Shown: positions 1 through 8,419 of the stretch, piece after piece | Layout: every line of letters starts with the position of its first letter | Numbering within the stretch: position 1 is the stretch's first letter | Source of the DNA: an uncultured Cytophagia bacterium | Lineage (GTDB): Bacteria > Zhuqueibacterota > Zhuqueibacteria > Oceanimicrobiales > CAZGRP01 | Assembly: GCA_964527995.1 (NCBI GenBank) | Contig: CAZGRP010000023.1 | Location: 624-64,623, forward strand | Direction: 5' to 3' | Length of the DNA: 64,000 nucleotides | Program-made: the position numbers and the translations under genes | The notes under the pieces: model-generated | The model's database searches: none | Told to the model about the DNA's origin: nothing | What the model saw: the letters and a program-made list of their open reading frames with translations, nothing else

Positions 1-1
1 G

Positions 2-2347
2 GTGCTCGAGGCGCAGCAGGCGGGCGCTGTCGTCATCGTTGTCGACCCGAAGTTCAACCGCACCGCTGCCCATGCCGACCTGTTCGTGCGCATTCGGCCG
101 GGTACGGACATCGCCTTCCAGGGGGCGCTGATCCGCTATGTCATCGAGCATGAGCTGTACGATGAGGACTATCTTCGCCGGGCCACCAACGCCCTTTTCA
201 AGGTGCGGCCCGATTTCGGTTTTGAGGAGGGCCTTTTCTCCGGCTTCGATCCTGACAGGGGGTATGACTCTTCGGCCTGGGCCTATCAGGTCGGCGCGGA
301 CGGCGAACCTATCCTGGCGGCAGAGCTGGAGGAGCCGCATACCGTCTTCCGCACGGTGAAGGAGCATTTCTGGCGCTACGATCTCGACACGGCTGCCGAA
401 ATCACAGGGGTGCCAAGCGGACAAATCCGCCAGGTTGCGGAGACCTTTGCCACCCGGCGACCGGGAACCATTCTCTATGCTCTGGGTGCAACGCAGCACT
501 CCAGCGGCGTGCAACAGATTCGCTGCTATGCCATCCTTCAATTGCTTCTCGGCAACATGGGGAAACCTGGAGGCGGCATCGGTGCCAACCGCGGCGAGTC
601 GAACGTTCAGGGGGCCACAGACATGGGGCTGGCGTGGAACTATCTTCCCGGCTATCTGCCGCCACCCATTCTGGCCGAGGAAACCCTGGTACAATACACC
701 GATCGCGCCGGCGCCCTCAACCAGACCCGGCTGGTGAGTCAGCTCAAGGCCTGGTTTGGCAACGCCGCGGCGGAAGAGAACCGGTTTGGTTTCACGTGGC
801 TTCCCAGGCTGCAGCCGGGGAAGAACCACTCGCTCTACTACATGCAGGATGCCATGCGCCGCGGTGAGGTGAAGTTTCTTATGGTGCTCGGCGAAAACCC
901 GGCGGTGAGCAACGCCCACACATCGCTGCTGTTGAAATCTCTGGCGAGCCTGGAGATGCTGGTTTGCGTGGACCTGTTCGAGACCGAGACCGCCGCATTC
1001 TGGAAGGCCTATGACCTCGACCCGCAGGGGGTCGATACTGAGGTGTACCTGTTGCCGGCGGCGTCATTTCTGGAGAAACCGGGCTCGCTCACCAACTCGG
1101 GCCGCTGGGTGCAGGCCCGCGAGCAGTGCCTGGCACCGCCTGGCCAGGCACGCAATGACCTGACGATCCTCGACGACCTGTGGAAGCGCATCCGCAAGCT
1201 CGTCGCCGAAGAGGACGATCCCCACCCCGAACCGATCGTGCGGGCACAGTGGGACTACGGCTCGCCGCCGGAGTATGACCGTGTCTGGCGGGAGATCAAC
1301 GGCGTGGCTGAGCGTGATCTGGACCTGGGTGACCGAATCGTGCGCGCGGGCGATCCGATGCCTAGCGGTCGCTACCTGCGCGCCGATGGCAGTACTTCGG
1401 CCGGGAACTGGCTCTACACTGGCATCGTCGAAAAGAGGAGCGGCGCCCTGCATCTGCAGTCGCGAAATCGGGATCTCGCCGATCCCAGCGGCCTGGGCCT
1501 GCATCCCGGTTTTGCCTGGAGCTGGCCGGATAACACCCGCATCCTCTACAACCGCGGCTCTTGTGACTCTGATGGCCGTCCGCTCGACTCGCAGCGCCCC
1601 TTGGTTTGGTGGGAGTCGCGGGCGAGCGAGTGGCGCGGATACACGACGCCTGATGTTCCCGATCCGCAATGCGGTCCGGAGACTCCCGAGGGCCAGGTGG
1701 TGTTCCATCGCCTTGCTGAGGAGCGCGGCCGCCTGTTTCTGGCACCGTATGCCAGGCGCCGTGCCGGGGTGAGGCAGAAGGCGTCGGCGGTCCTGAAGGA
1801 CGGTCCTCTGCCTGAACACTACGAGCCGGTAGAAGGGCTGGTCGGAAACCTGCTTCACCCTGAAGTCTCTTCCAATCCGCTGGCAGCCTACCGGCGCACC
1901 GACCAGCATCCCCCTGCGGGCACTCCGGAAGACTTCCCGGTGGTGTTGGTGACCGGCTTTCTGCACGAGATGTGGGGTGGCGGCGCCATGAGCCGGCGCA
2001 TCTCGCGCCTGATCGAGGCGCATCCGGAACCCTTCCTGGAGTTGAGTGAAACACTGGCTGAACAAGTTGCTGTGAAGAACGGCCAGTGGCTTCGTGTCAC
2101 CACAGCTCGAGGTGAGGTCCGGCTCAAGGCCGTAGTTACACCGAGAATGAAGCCGCTGCGTGCCGGCGGCCGCTTGATCGAAGTCGTCTGGGCGCCCATG
2201 CATTACGGCCCCCTGGGTGATGCCACAGGAGCGTCGATCAATCGGCTTACCATTGACGCGCTCGAGCCGAATGTGGGCATCCAAGAGACCAAGGCATGTC
2301 TGTGCCGGGTAGAGAAGGAGGAGTCGCACGGGGATCGAAAAGCGTGA
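2..2347 (+). CDS. fdnG: Formate dehydrogenase alpha subunit (Mo/W-bisPGD, FdnG-like), 5' partial
   Basis: Open from the window edge; motifs VVDPKFNRTA, ILYALGATQHSSGVQQIR, RGESNVQGATDMG, GSLTNSGRWVQ and a C-terminal molybdopterin-binding domain; followed by an FdnH-like beta gene. The Cys/Sec active-site region lies upstream of the window. Confidence 0.88.
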   Translation: MLEAQQAGAVVIVVDPKFNRTAAHADLFVRIRPGTDIAFQGALIRYVIEHELYDEDYLRRATNALFKVRPDFGFEEGLFSGFDPDRGYDSSAWAYQVGADGEPILAAELEEPHTVFRTVKEHFWRYDLDTAAEITGVPSGQIRQVAETFATRRPGTILYALGATQHSSGVQQIRCYAILQLLLGNMGKPGGGIGANRGESNVQGATDMGLAWNYLPGYLPPPILAEETLVQYTDRAGALNQTRLVSQLKAWFGNAAAEENRFGFTWLPRLQPGKNHSLYYMQDAMRRGEVKFLMVLGENPAVSNAHTSLLLKSLASLEMLVCVDLFETETAAFWKAYDLDPQGVDTEVYLLPAASFLEKPGSLTNSGRWVQAREQCLAPPGQARNDLTILDDLWKRIRKLVAEEDDPHPEPIVRAQWDYGSPPEYDRVWREINGVAERDLDLGDRIVRAGDPMPSGRYLRADGSTSAGNWLYTGIVEKRSGALHLQSRNRDLADPSGLGLHPGFAWSWPDNTRILYNRGSCDSDGRPLDSQRPLVWWESRASEWRGYTTPDVPDPQCGPETPEGQVVFHRLAEERGRLFLAPYARRRAGVRQKASAVLKDGPLPEHYEPVEGLVGNLLHPEVSSNPLAAYRRTDQHPPAGTPEDFPVVLVTGFLHEMWGGGAMSRRISRLIEAHPEPFLELSETLAEQVAVKNGQWLRVTTARGEVRLKAVVTPRMKPLRAGGRLIEVVWAPMHYGPLGDATGASINRLTIDALEPNVGIQETKACLCRVEKEESHGDRKA

Positions 2348-2382
2348 CGATCTGATCAGTAACCAAGTTCAGGGAGAAAGAC

Positions 2383-3126
2383 ATGGGCAAGATCAGCAAG
2401 ACCGTACATATGGAGCGGATGATGTTGCGGCAGGCGCGGCTGTGGGAGACACTTCGCAGGGCTGCGGAGGCCAAAGGGGTGCCGACTGGGGAGATGATGG
2501 GACCTTACATCGCCCTGTCGCGGGATTATGGCAGCGGTGGTGTTAAGGTGGCCAAGCGGCTAGAGGAGCGACTGGGCTGGAAAATGTATGACCAGGAGCT
2601 GGTGGACTTCATTGCTACGGAAGCCAACGTGAGGCGGGAGGTGGCGGCATCCTTCGATGAGAAGGCCCAGAACGAGATCGAGGCGATGATCCGTCGCGCT
2701 TTCGATCGGAAAGCGCTGGACCCCGACCACTATCTCAAGCACCTGGCCACCGTCATCCTGACGATCGCCAAGCACGGCCGGGCTGTTTTCGTTGGTCGTG
2801 GCGCACGCTTTCTGCTGCCGCCGGAGCATGGTTTGCGTGTGAAGATCGCTGCACCGTTCGAGAAGCGGGTCGAGAACATCATGCGGATGGAGGGCATCGA
2901 TCGGGAGCAAGCCAAGCGGCTTGTGCAGCAGCGGCATGAGGAACGACATGGCTTTATCCAGCAATATTTTCGCCGTGACCCGGATGATCCGGATTATCTC
3001 GATTTGATGATCAACACGGCCTTCCTTTCCATCGAGGCGGCCACAGAGCTGTGCATCCAGGCCCTGGTGCAGAAGCTCGGAACGGGTGTCCTGGAGCAGC
3101 CTCCGAGTGCCGAGGAACCGGCGTGA
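2383..3126 (+). CDS. Cytidylate kinase-like family protein (P-loop, Cytidylate_kin2-like)
   Basis: YIALSRDYGSGGVKVAKRLEERLGWKMYDQEL, AVFVGRGARFLL and DLMINT motifs; RBS GGGAGA upstream of ATG. Confidence 0.85.
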   Translation: MGKISKTVHMERMMLRQARLWETLRRAAEAKGVPTGEMMGPYIALSRDYGSGGVKVAKRLEERLGWKMYDQELVDFIATEANVRREVAASFDEKAQNEIEAMIRRAFDRKALDPDHYLKHLATVILTIAKHGRAVFVGRGARFLLPPEHGLRVKIAAPFEKRVENIMRMEGIDREQAKRLVQQRHEERHGFIQQYFRRDPDDPDYLDLMINTAFLSIEAATELCIQALVQKLGTGVLEQPPSAEEPA

Positions 3127-3902
3127 TTGCGGCAACGAAAGCGGCCCCACTGGTCGGCCGGAAGTTCGAGCGCGTCAGCATGTTCCTGGATCTGTCGAAG
3201 TGCATCGGCTGTCGCGCCTGCCAGGTCGCCTGCAAGGAGTGGAACGATTTGCCGCACGAAGTGACCGTGCAAGTCGGTTCTTACCAGAACCCGAAGAGCC
3301 TCTCCGGGGATACCTGGAAGCAGGTCAAGTTCATCGAAAAAAGCCGCGGAGACCAGGAACCGGTGTGGCTGTTTTACAGCGACTCCTGCAAGCACTGCGC
3401 GCGTGCCCCGTGCCTGGACGCCTGCCCTACCGGGGCGATTTTTCGAACCGATGAGGGCATCATCCAGATCGATGAGAATGTCTGCAACGGCAACCAGCAC
3501 TGCGTCATGGCCTGCCCGTTCGATGTCATCCGCATCAACACCCGGACGCGTTTGGCGGCAAAATGCACCTTCTGCCAGGACCGTCTGGAGATCGGCATGG
3601 AGCCCGCCTGCGCCAAGGTCTGTCCCACGGACTGTATCGAATTTGGAGAGAGGGATGAGTTGCTGCAGGCGGCCGACTACCGCCGGCGGCAACTCAGGGC
3701 GCGCGGTGAGCGGGTGCAACTTTATGGAGAGAACGAACTCGGTGGGCTGGGTGTCTTCTACCTGTTGCAGGACCAGCCCGAGACCTACGGTCTGCCAGCT
3801 CTTCCCAAAAGGCCGGTGAAGTTGCTATTGCCGGCGGCCGCCACCACCGCCGCCATCGCCCTCGGTTTGACGGTGGCGCTCTTTTTCATCCTCGCGGTCT
3901 GA
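3123..3902 (+). CDS. fdnH: Formate dehydrogenase beta (4Fe-4S) subunit with C-terminal membrane anchor
   Basis: GTG 3123 overlaps the upstream TGA (GTGA). Four ferredoxin Cys clusters (CIGCRACQVAC, CKHCARAPCLDAC, CNGNQHCVMAC, CTFCQDR...CAKVC) and a hydrophobic C-terminal helix. Confidence 0.88.
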   Translation: MIAATKAAPLVGRKFERVSMFLDLSKCIGCRACQVACKEWNDLPHEVTVQVGSYQNPKSLSGDTWKQVKFIEKSRGDQEPVWLFYSDSCKHCARAPCLDACPTGAIFRTDEGIIQIDENVCNGNQHCVMACPFDVIRINTRTRLAAKCTFCQDRLEIGMEPACAKVCPTDCIEFGERDELLQAADYRRRQLRARGERVQLYGENELGGLGVFYLLQDQPETYGLPALPKRPVKLLLPAAATTAAIALGLTVALFFILAV

Positions 3903-4273
3903 ATAGAAGTTCGATGCGTCCTCTCTCTGGCACCCCGCTGTCCTTGCTCTAACCCCTGAAGAAACAACACATCGCGTTCGTTCTTCTCGGTTTCCCTGAA
4001 ATCGGCGTCGGCGTTGGGCTGGTATGTCTTTTGCAGCTCAACCTGGCTCACCGCGGCCTCGCGGATCTTGCGCTACGGACGGCCGTGGTCCACGACGGCG
4101 GCTCCGATGACAGGGGCGCGTCGTGGTTCTTGTCGATCGGCTTCGGTCTCACGCTTTTCAGCTCCGGGATCGGGGTTGGCTGCTTCCGCGCCACAGACCG
4201 TCCAACAGGCACATCCGGCATGGACCAAGAGGGTCCTTGTGCCGATCCTATAAGTACACAGGGAGGTTGTACG

Positions 4274-4666
4274 ATGTCTCCAGAACTGAACAAGGCGCTC
4301 ATTCGCCGAATCGTGGACGAGGTCTGCAACCAGCGACGGCTGCAGGCTGCGGCGGATCTGTTTGCAGCGAGCGTGCTCGAGCGGGCTCAGAAAGACGGGG
4401 TTCTGAACCTTATCTGTTGTCCCGATCTCCAGGTCTGGATCGAATGCATGGTGGCAGAGGCGGATATGGTGGCGGTCCGCTACTCCGCACGTGCTTCAAT
4501 ACCGCGGTTGGGCCTGGGCGACGACGACCGCGGCAAAAGGATCACGTGGACCGGGATGGCCATGGCCCGGATCGCCGGCGGCAAGGTGGTCGATTACTGG
4601 CTCGAAGTGAACATGCTGAATATCGCTCAGCAGCTTCACGCTGGCTCCAGGGTGGCCGTGCGGTAG
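4274..4666 (+). CDS. SnoaL-like / ester cyclase (NTF2 fold) protein
   Basis: RBS GGGAGG then ATG 4274; N-terminal NKALIRRIVDEV, MVAEADMVAVRY and ITWTGMAMARIAGGKVVDYW, typical of SnoaL-like proteins. Confidence 0.75.
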   Translation: MSPELNKALIRRIVDEVCNQRRLQAAADLFAASVLERAQKDGVLNLICCPDLQVWIECMVAEADMVAVRYSARASIPRLGLGDDDRGKRITWTGMAMARIAGGKVVDYWLEVNMLNIAQQLHAGSRVAVR

Positions 4667-4872
4667 GCTGAGGCCGTCTGTTCACCCGACGATTCCACAC
4701 CTTCCGCCTTTTTGGCTGCGAGGGCGGGGGTAAGTTGCCCCCGGCCCGCGATGGGCCAAGACTTCGATGCAGACCTGGTGAGATTTCTGTCGGTACGGCG
4801 ACACCGTAAACCTGAGGAGGCGAGAAGGAGAACATCCTTCTACAATAATTCTCTGCTCCACGGACACCCATC

Positions 4873-4907
4873 GGCCCCCTCCAACCGCACTTGGCGAGGG
4901 GGCCTTT
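4873..4907. terminator. GC-rich hairpin between convergent genes (possible terminator)
   Basis: GGCCCCCTC...GAGGGGGCC 9-bp stem followed by TTTG on the + strand. Confidence 0.45.
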
Positions 4908-4934
4908 GTCATCGTGGGCGGGTTCAGTTTGCAG

Positions 4935-5447
4935 CTACTTGCCGCCTCGCCCCTTGGGTCGAATGACGAAATCCACTTCCGCCGGCTGATCGGCCGCCAC
5001 CGTGACCGGCTTCTTCATTTCTCCCAGCGCCTCGTGCCAGGCATGCAGTGTGTACGTGCCTGGAGGAAGGTCCGAAATGGTAAATCGGCCGTTCTCATCG
5101 GTCACCGCGTAATAGGGCTGATCCTTCAGCAACACCACGTAGCCTTTCATCCAACTGTGAACGTCGCACCGGAGCATGACGACTCCCGGCGTTGTGAGCT
5201 TGCGCTGCAATTCTTTCCTGAATTTCGGCTGTGCCATGTTGAACAGTGTCTCTTTGCCCTGGTAGGCGTGAATGTTGTGGAGGATGCCGTCTTGGTTGAG
5301 AACGGTCAAGTCGATGCCGTCGGGGCCGATCTGAGCGACCTGGAAATGGGGCTTGTAGATGCAGCCCGTTTGCTCGACGGTCGCGGAGGTCTGCGGCGCG
5401 GCTGCCTTGCCACTGCTGACGCCTTCGACGGTGATCAGCAGCCTTTA
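4935..5447 (-). pseudogene. 5'-truncated cupredoxin/carboxypeptidase-regulatory-like domain protein
   Basis: The frame extends upstream of the tracked TTG (5309) as RLLITVEGVSSGKAAAPQTSATVEQTGCIYKPHFQV to an in-frame TAA at 5445-5447, with no ATG/GTG start or signal peptide. It keeps LHNIH and CDVHSWM and is paralogous to 53094..53693. Confidence 0.6.
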
Positions 5448-5492
5448 TAACGAAAACCGGCTGGGCGGGAAAATGAGTTCTGGCGCCAGGCT

Positions 5493-6041
5493 CTAGCGCT
5501 TGGTGGCCATGCTGCCACCTACCTGCACTTCCTCGCCGTTGCTAAGCGAAGCGACATAGGCGGCCAGATAGAACGACTCTGGGCTGTTGAGCGGCAGCCT
5601 CTTGCCTCCCATAGACATGCGGATGCAGTTGTTGTGCATCTGTTGCAGGGTAATGACCGCGTCGTTGGGGATCTTGTACTTCGGAAATGTACTGGCTGCG
5701 CCGACCAGGCTGGGGATTGGCAGCCTACAGCTGCGCTTGGGCACCTGCGCCTCGCCACCGGTGGTGCCGCCGCCCGGGTGGCAGGAGTTGCAAGAGAGGC
5801 CGTTCGAACCCGCCCCGGTTTTGGGGTCGTTGAAGAGTTCCCTTCCTCATTGCAAGGCAGCAGCCTGCTTGCTCATGACGTACTGCCTCATCTCATCGGG
5901 CTGCATCCCCATCACCTGGTCCATATTGACCATGGCGTTCATCAGGTCGCCCATGCCCATCATTTTCGCCATCGTGCTGCACGACCAGGCGCCGAGGGCG
6001 ATGAGGGCCAGACTTGCGAAAAGCCACACTCGTCTTTGCAT
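5493..6041 (-). pseudogene. TsdA/SoxA-like monoheme (His/Cys) cytochrome c lipoprotein with in-frame TGA at codon 65
   Basis: GGAGG RBS, ATG 6041, lipobox AWSC and a Met-rich segment, then LQ*(TGA 5847-5849)GRELFNDP...CNSCH...FPKY...TLQQMHNNCIRMSMGG...LAAYVASLSNG in one continuous frame. Confidence 0.8.
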
Positions 6042-6120
6042 GGGACCTCCTGTTTTTGGGTGGGTAGTTGCTCCGGCTGGAAAGGGTTTGGGTACTGAAC
6101 GCGGGCGGCATGGCGCCATC

Positions 6121-6162
6121 AAAGAATAAGGACCGGGGGCGCCACTCTCGCGCCTCCGGTCC
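6121..6162 (-). terminator. Intrinsic terminator after the 6177..6635 gene
   Basis: Minus strand GGACCGGAGGCGC-gagagtg-GCGCCCCCGGTCC followed by TTATTCTTT. Confidence 0.75.
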
Positions 6163-6176
6163 CTTTGATCCTCAGC

Positions 6177-6635
6177 TTATCGGCTGAATGCCGGCTGGCT
6201 GGTCTCACTGCTCTTGGCTCCCGCCAGGCCGTACACGGCGCCGAGCACTGCACCGTACACGAGGTGGCCCAACAGGCTGCCCATCACCACCATCACCGGG
6301 GCTGGAGTGTTACTGGCGAAGAAGCCGGCGCCCATCACGGGGTTGACCATGATTTGCGCGAGCAGCCAGGGGAACAGACCATAGAGTGCGCCGCGGAGAG
6401 CACTTGCTCCCGGCAGGCGATCCAGAAAGACGTAAACGTAAATCAGGCCGAGGGTGACGCCGATGATGAAATGGATGGTCCAGCCGAGGGCGACCGGGAT
6501 TCCCATGAAGTTCGCCAGCATGTTGCCAATCGGCATCTTCGGCATCCCCATCATGGGAGCCGTCAACAGAAGCAGGGTCATAACGGCTGTGGCAGCTAGC
6601 CCAGCCAGAATTGCGCGGCCGATGTTTTTATTCAT
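6177..6635 (-). CDS. Four-helix membrane protein (DUF6789/DUF1440-like)
   Basis: AAAGGAGG RBS, ATG 6635; hydrophobic throughout, with GWTIHFIIG, GALYGLFPW and SLLGHLVYG motifs. Confidence 0.75.
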   Translation of the reverse strand: MNKNIGRAILAGLAATAVMTLLLLTAPMMGMPKMPIGNMLANFMGIPVALGWTIHFIIGVTLGLIYVYVFLDRLPGASALRGALYGLFPWLLAQIMVNPVMGAGFFASNTPAPVMVVMGSLLGHLVYGAVLGAVYGLAGAKSSETSQPAFSR

Positions 6636-6733
6636 CGTGGCCTCCTTTGTGTGTTTTGTGAGAGCTTCTTTGTGACTGTGCTGTGTGAAACCGTTTGCGC
6701 GGTTCAAAATTAAAACAATAGCACCGTCCGCAA

Positions 6734-6757
6734 AAAGTGTCGTCCGCACGACACTTT
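6734..6757. promoter_or_regulatory. Perfect inverted repeat: CooA/Crp-type operator (TGTCG-N6-CGACA) and/or terminator of the crp-like gene
   Basis: AAAGTGTCGT-CCGC-ACGACACTTT, about 100 bp upstream of ATG 6635 and downstream of the Crp/Fnr gene stop. Confidence 0.55.
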
Positions 6758-6822
6758 GCAAGAAAACAGGAAAATAACAGGAAAAGAAGAGGAGAGGGAC
6801 CAGAACAGCGAGATGCTGGGGG

Positions 6823-7533
6823 TTAGCTTGATGCGACTGCCGGGTAACGCGGTCGTAGAATGGTGAGTTGTTTCGAAGTGAATTGGATGGTACCTTCTCT
6901 ACGCAGATCATTCAGGATGGCGGCGACCGTCTGGCGGCTTGTTCCGGTAAGGTGGGCGATCTCTTCCTGAGAGAGGAACTTCGAAACCGTAATCTTCTGA
7001 TTTCGAATCCGGCCGTAGTTTTCTGCAAATCGGAAGACGAACTCGACGACCCGGGCGCGGGCATCTTTGAAAAGCAAGTCCTCCAGCTTGGATTCGGCCT
7101 TGCGCAGTTTGAGGCCGATGAGTTTCAGCATGCGAAAATTGAGACCTGGATTCTCGCGCAGGAATTGCACGAACTCGCCTTTCTTCATCGAGCAAAGCAG
7201 CACGTCGTCGAGCGCCTGGGCGATCTCGACGTAGTCATCTTCGCCGTCGTCGACTAGGCAGAGCTCTCCGAAGAGTTCACCCGGACCGATCACATCCAGG
7301 ATGGTCTCGCGTCCCTCGACGGAGAGGCGAACGATCTTGACGTGGCCGCTTTTCAGAAAGTAGATTTTCTGGGTTTGCGATTCGGGGAAATAGATGGCCT
7401 GGCGTTTTCGTAGCCGCGTCATGACCGTGCGGTCGGCGAGCTGCTTGAGAGATTCGTCGCTCAGACCTTCAAGGATGTTGATATTGCGCAGATGCCAGAG
7501 CTTGGTCTTTTCCGCCGCCTCTCGTGTCTCCAT
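6823..7533 (-). CDS. Crp/Fnr family transcriptional regulator
   Basis: cNMP-binding fold (IYFLKSGHVKI, GPGELFGE) and C-terminal HTH LSQEEIAHLTGTSRQTVAAIL; no FNR-type Cys cluster. Confidence 0.92.
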   Translation of the reverse strand: METREAAEKTKLWHLRNINILEGLSDESLKQLADRTVMTRLRKRQAIYFPESQTQKIYFLKSGHVKIVRLSVEGRETILDVIGPGELFGELCLVDDGEDDYVEIAQALDDVLLCSMKKGEFVQFLRENPGLNFRMLKLIGLKLRKAESKLEDLLFKDARARVVEFVFRFAENYGRIRNQKITVSKFLSQEEIAHLTGTSRQTVAAILNDLRREGTIQFTSKQLTILRPRYPAVASS

Positions 7534-7827
7534 TGGCTTCCTCCAGTGGTCGCTATGCCCTCAGCTAAACTCATCGTTTCTAACAGGATCAACGCTCCTT
7601 TTATTTCCCCGTGCGGACGAGCCGGCAGCCAGAGGCAGAGATTCGGCAATCGTAGAACCAGCTCAGGCGGTGCCGGAGAGATAAAGTCGCGCGTTCCACA
7701 CAGGTTCGAGGACGGTCAAGAGGAAACCAGGGGGATCCGATGCCTCAGGCAACTGCTGCCGCAAGGACGGTAAGCAGAGCCCGCCACATGCCAGCTCGGA
7801 TCGGAGTGGGCATTTTTCGCGGCGTTC

Positions 7828-8301
7828 TTGGGGGAACAAAACAGGGGAGGACTGTTGTTGAGATGCTCAAATCAGCAAGGAATCCGACCCTCCTTATACT
7901 TTCGAATCGAGATCGTGTCTGTCAAGGTGCTCAGCTTCTTCCTGAGAATGGGCATGCTGCTGCTCATTTCTGGAGCGCAGCCAACCGCCGTGTTTGCCGC
8001 AGGCGTGGAAGGATCCTACTGCCCATGCTACGGCGGCGATCACTGTGCATGCCAGCACCCGCGGCAAGTTGAAGTATGCCCGGAGCCGTTGCCCCGCGAA
8101 GTGTCGTTCTCTTGCGCTGCCACGTTCCCGTACCAGGCGCCCTTGTCTCCTTTTGGGTCGGAACATCAAGTGCTGGTTCTGGCTCTCCCGGCAGACTCCT
8201 TGCAGGTAGATCCATCTCCTCGACCTCTTTCCGGGTCCGATCGAACACCCCTGTTTCGGGTATTTAGAGAACCCCCCGATCCGCCACCCCGACTCTGCTG
8301 A
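7828..8301 (+). CDS. Cys-rich, polyproline-ended leader-type protein (DUF2946-like architecture); true start uncertain (7828-7948)
   Basis: Hydrophobic N-terminal segment, CPCYGGDHCAC cluster and C-terminal EPPDPPPRLC. Confidence 0.55.
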   Translation: MGEQNRGGLLLRCSNQQGIRPSLYFRIEIVSVKVLSFFLRMGMLLLISGAQPTAVFAAGVEGSYCPCYGGDHCACQHPRQVEVCPEPLPREVSFSCAATFPYQAPLSPFGSEHQVLVLALPADSLQVDPSPRPLSGSDRTPLFRVFREPPDPPPRLC

Positions 8302-8311
8302 GTCCTTTTTT
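8291..8311 (+). terminator. Short hairpin plus T6 overlapping the leader stop codon (possible attenuator)
   Basis: GACTC-TGCT-GAGTC-C-TTTTTT; the leader TGA (8299-8301) lies across the loop end and the 3' arm. Confidence 0.45.
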
Positions 8312-8419
8312 CCATCTTTCTACATCTCATGCTTGAGAGCACGGCATGCGTTTGGCGTGTATGCCTCACTCGAACGAGCAGCAACTCTTGTTACACTCTC
8401 CGGGTGAGGAAGCAGCTCG

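Noticed and set aside
1064-2329. Long antisense ORFs (also 15162..16724, 20097..21638, 27393..28538, 36022..37386, 51218..53059, 60162..61358 and similar)
   Set aside because: They lie opposite well-supported genes, carry no recognisable motifs, and are expected shadows of GC-rich codon usage.
3785-4051. Minus-strand 88-aa ORF with protein-like N-terminal stretch (VSQVELQKTYQPNADADFRE)
   Set aside because: It overlaps the FDH beta 3' end, has no RBS or recognisable family, and an upstream in-frame TAG; could be a remnant but is unsupported.
5847-5890. Selenocysteine recoding of the in-frame TGA
   Set aside because: The position corresponds to Arg/Lys in cytochrome c homologs, not Cys, and there is no convincing SECIS downstream; a nonsense mutation or sequencing error is more likely.
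5493-6041. A Sox thiosulfate-oxidation pathway
   Set aside because: Only one SoxA/TsdA-like domain is present; no soxX, Y, Z, B, C or D genes are in the window.
7858-7870. TTGAG-ATG-CTCAA palindrome as a Fur box for the porin operon
   Set aside because: Only 5-bp arms, with spacing unlike Fur boxes; could occur by chance.
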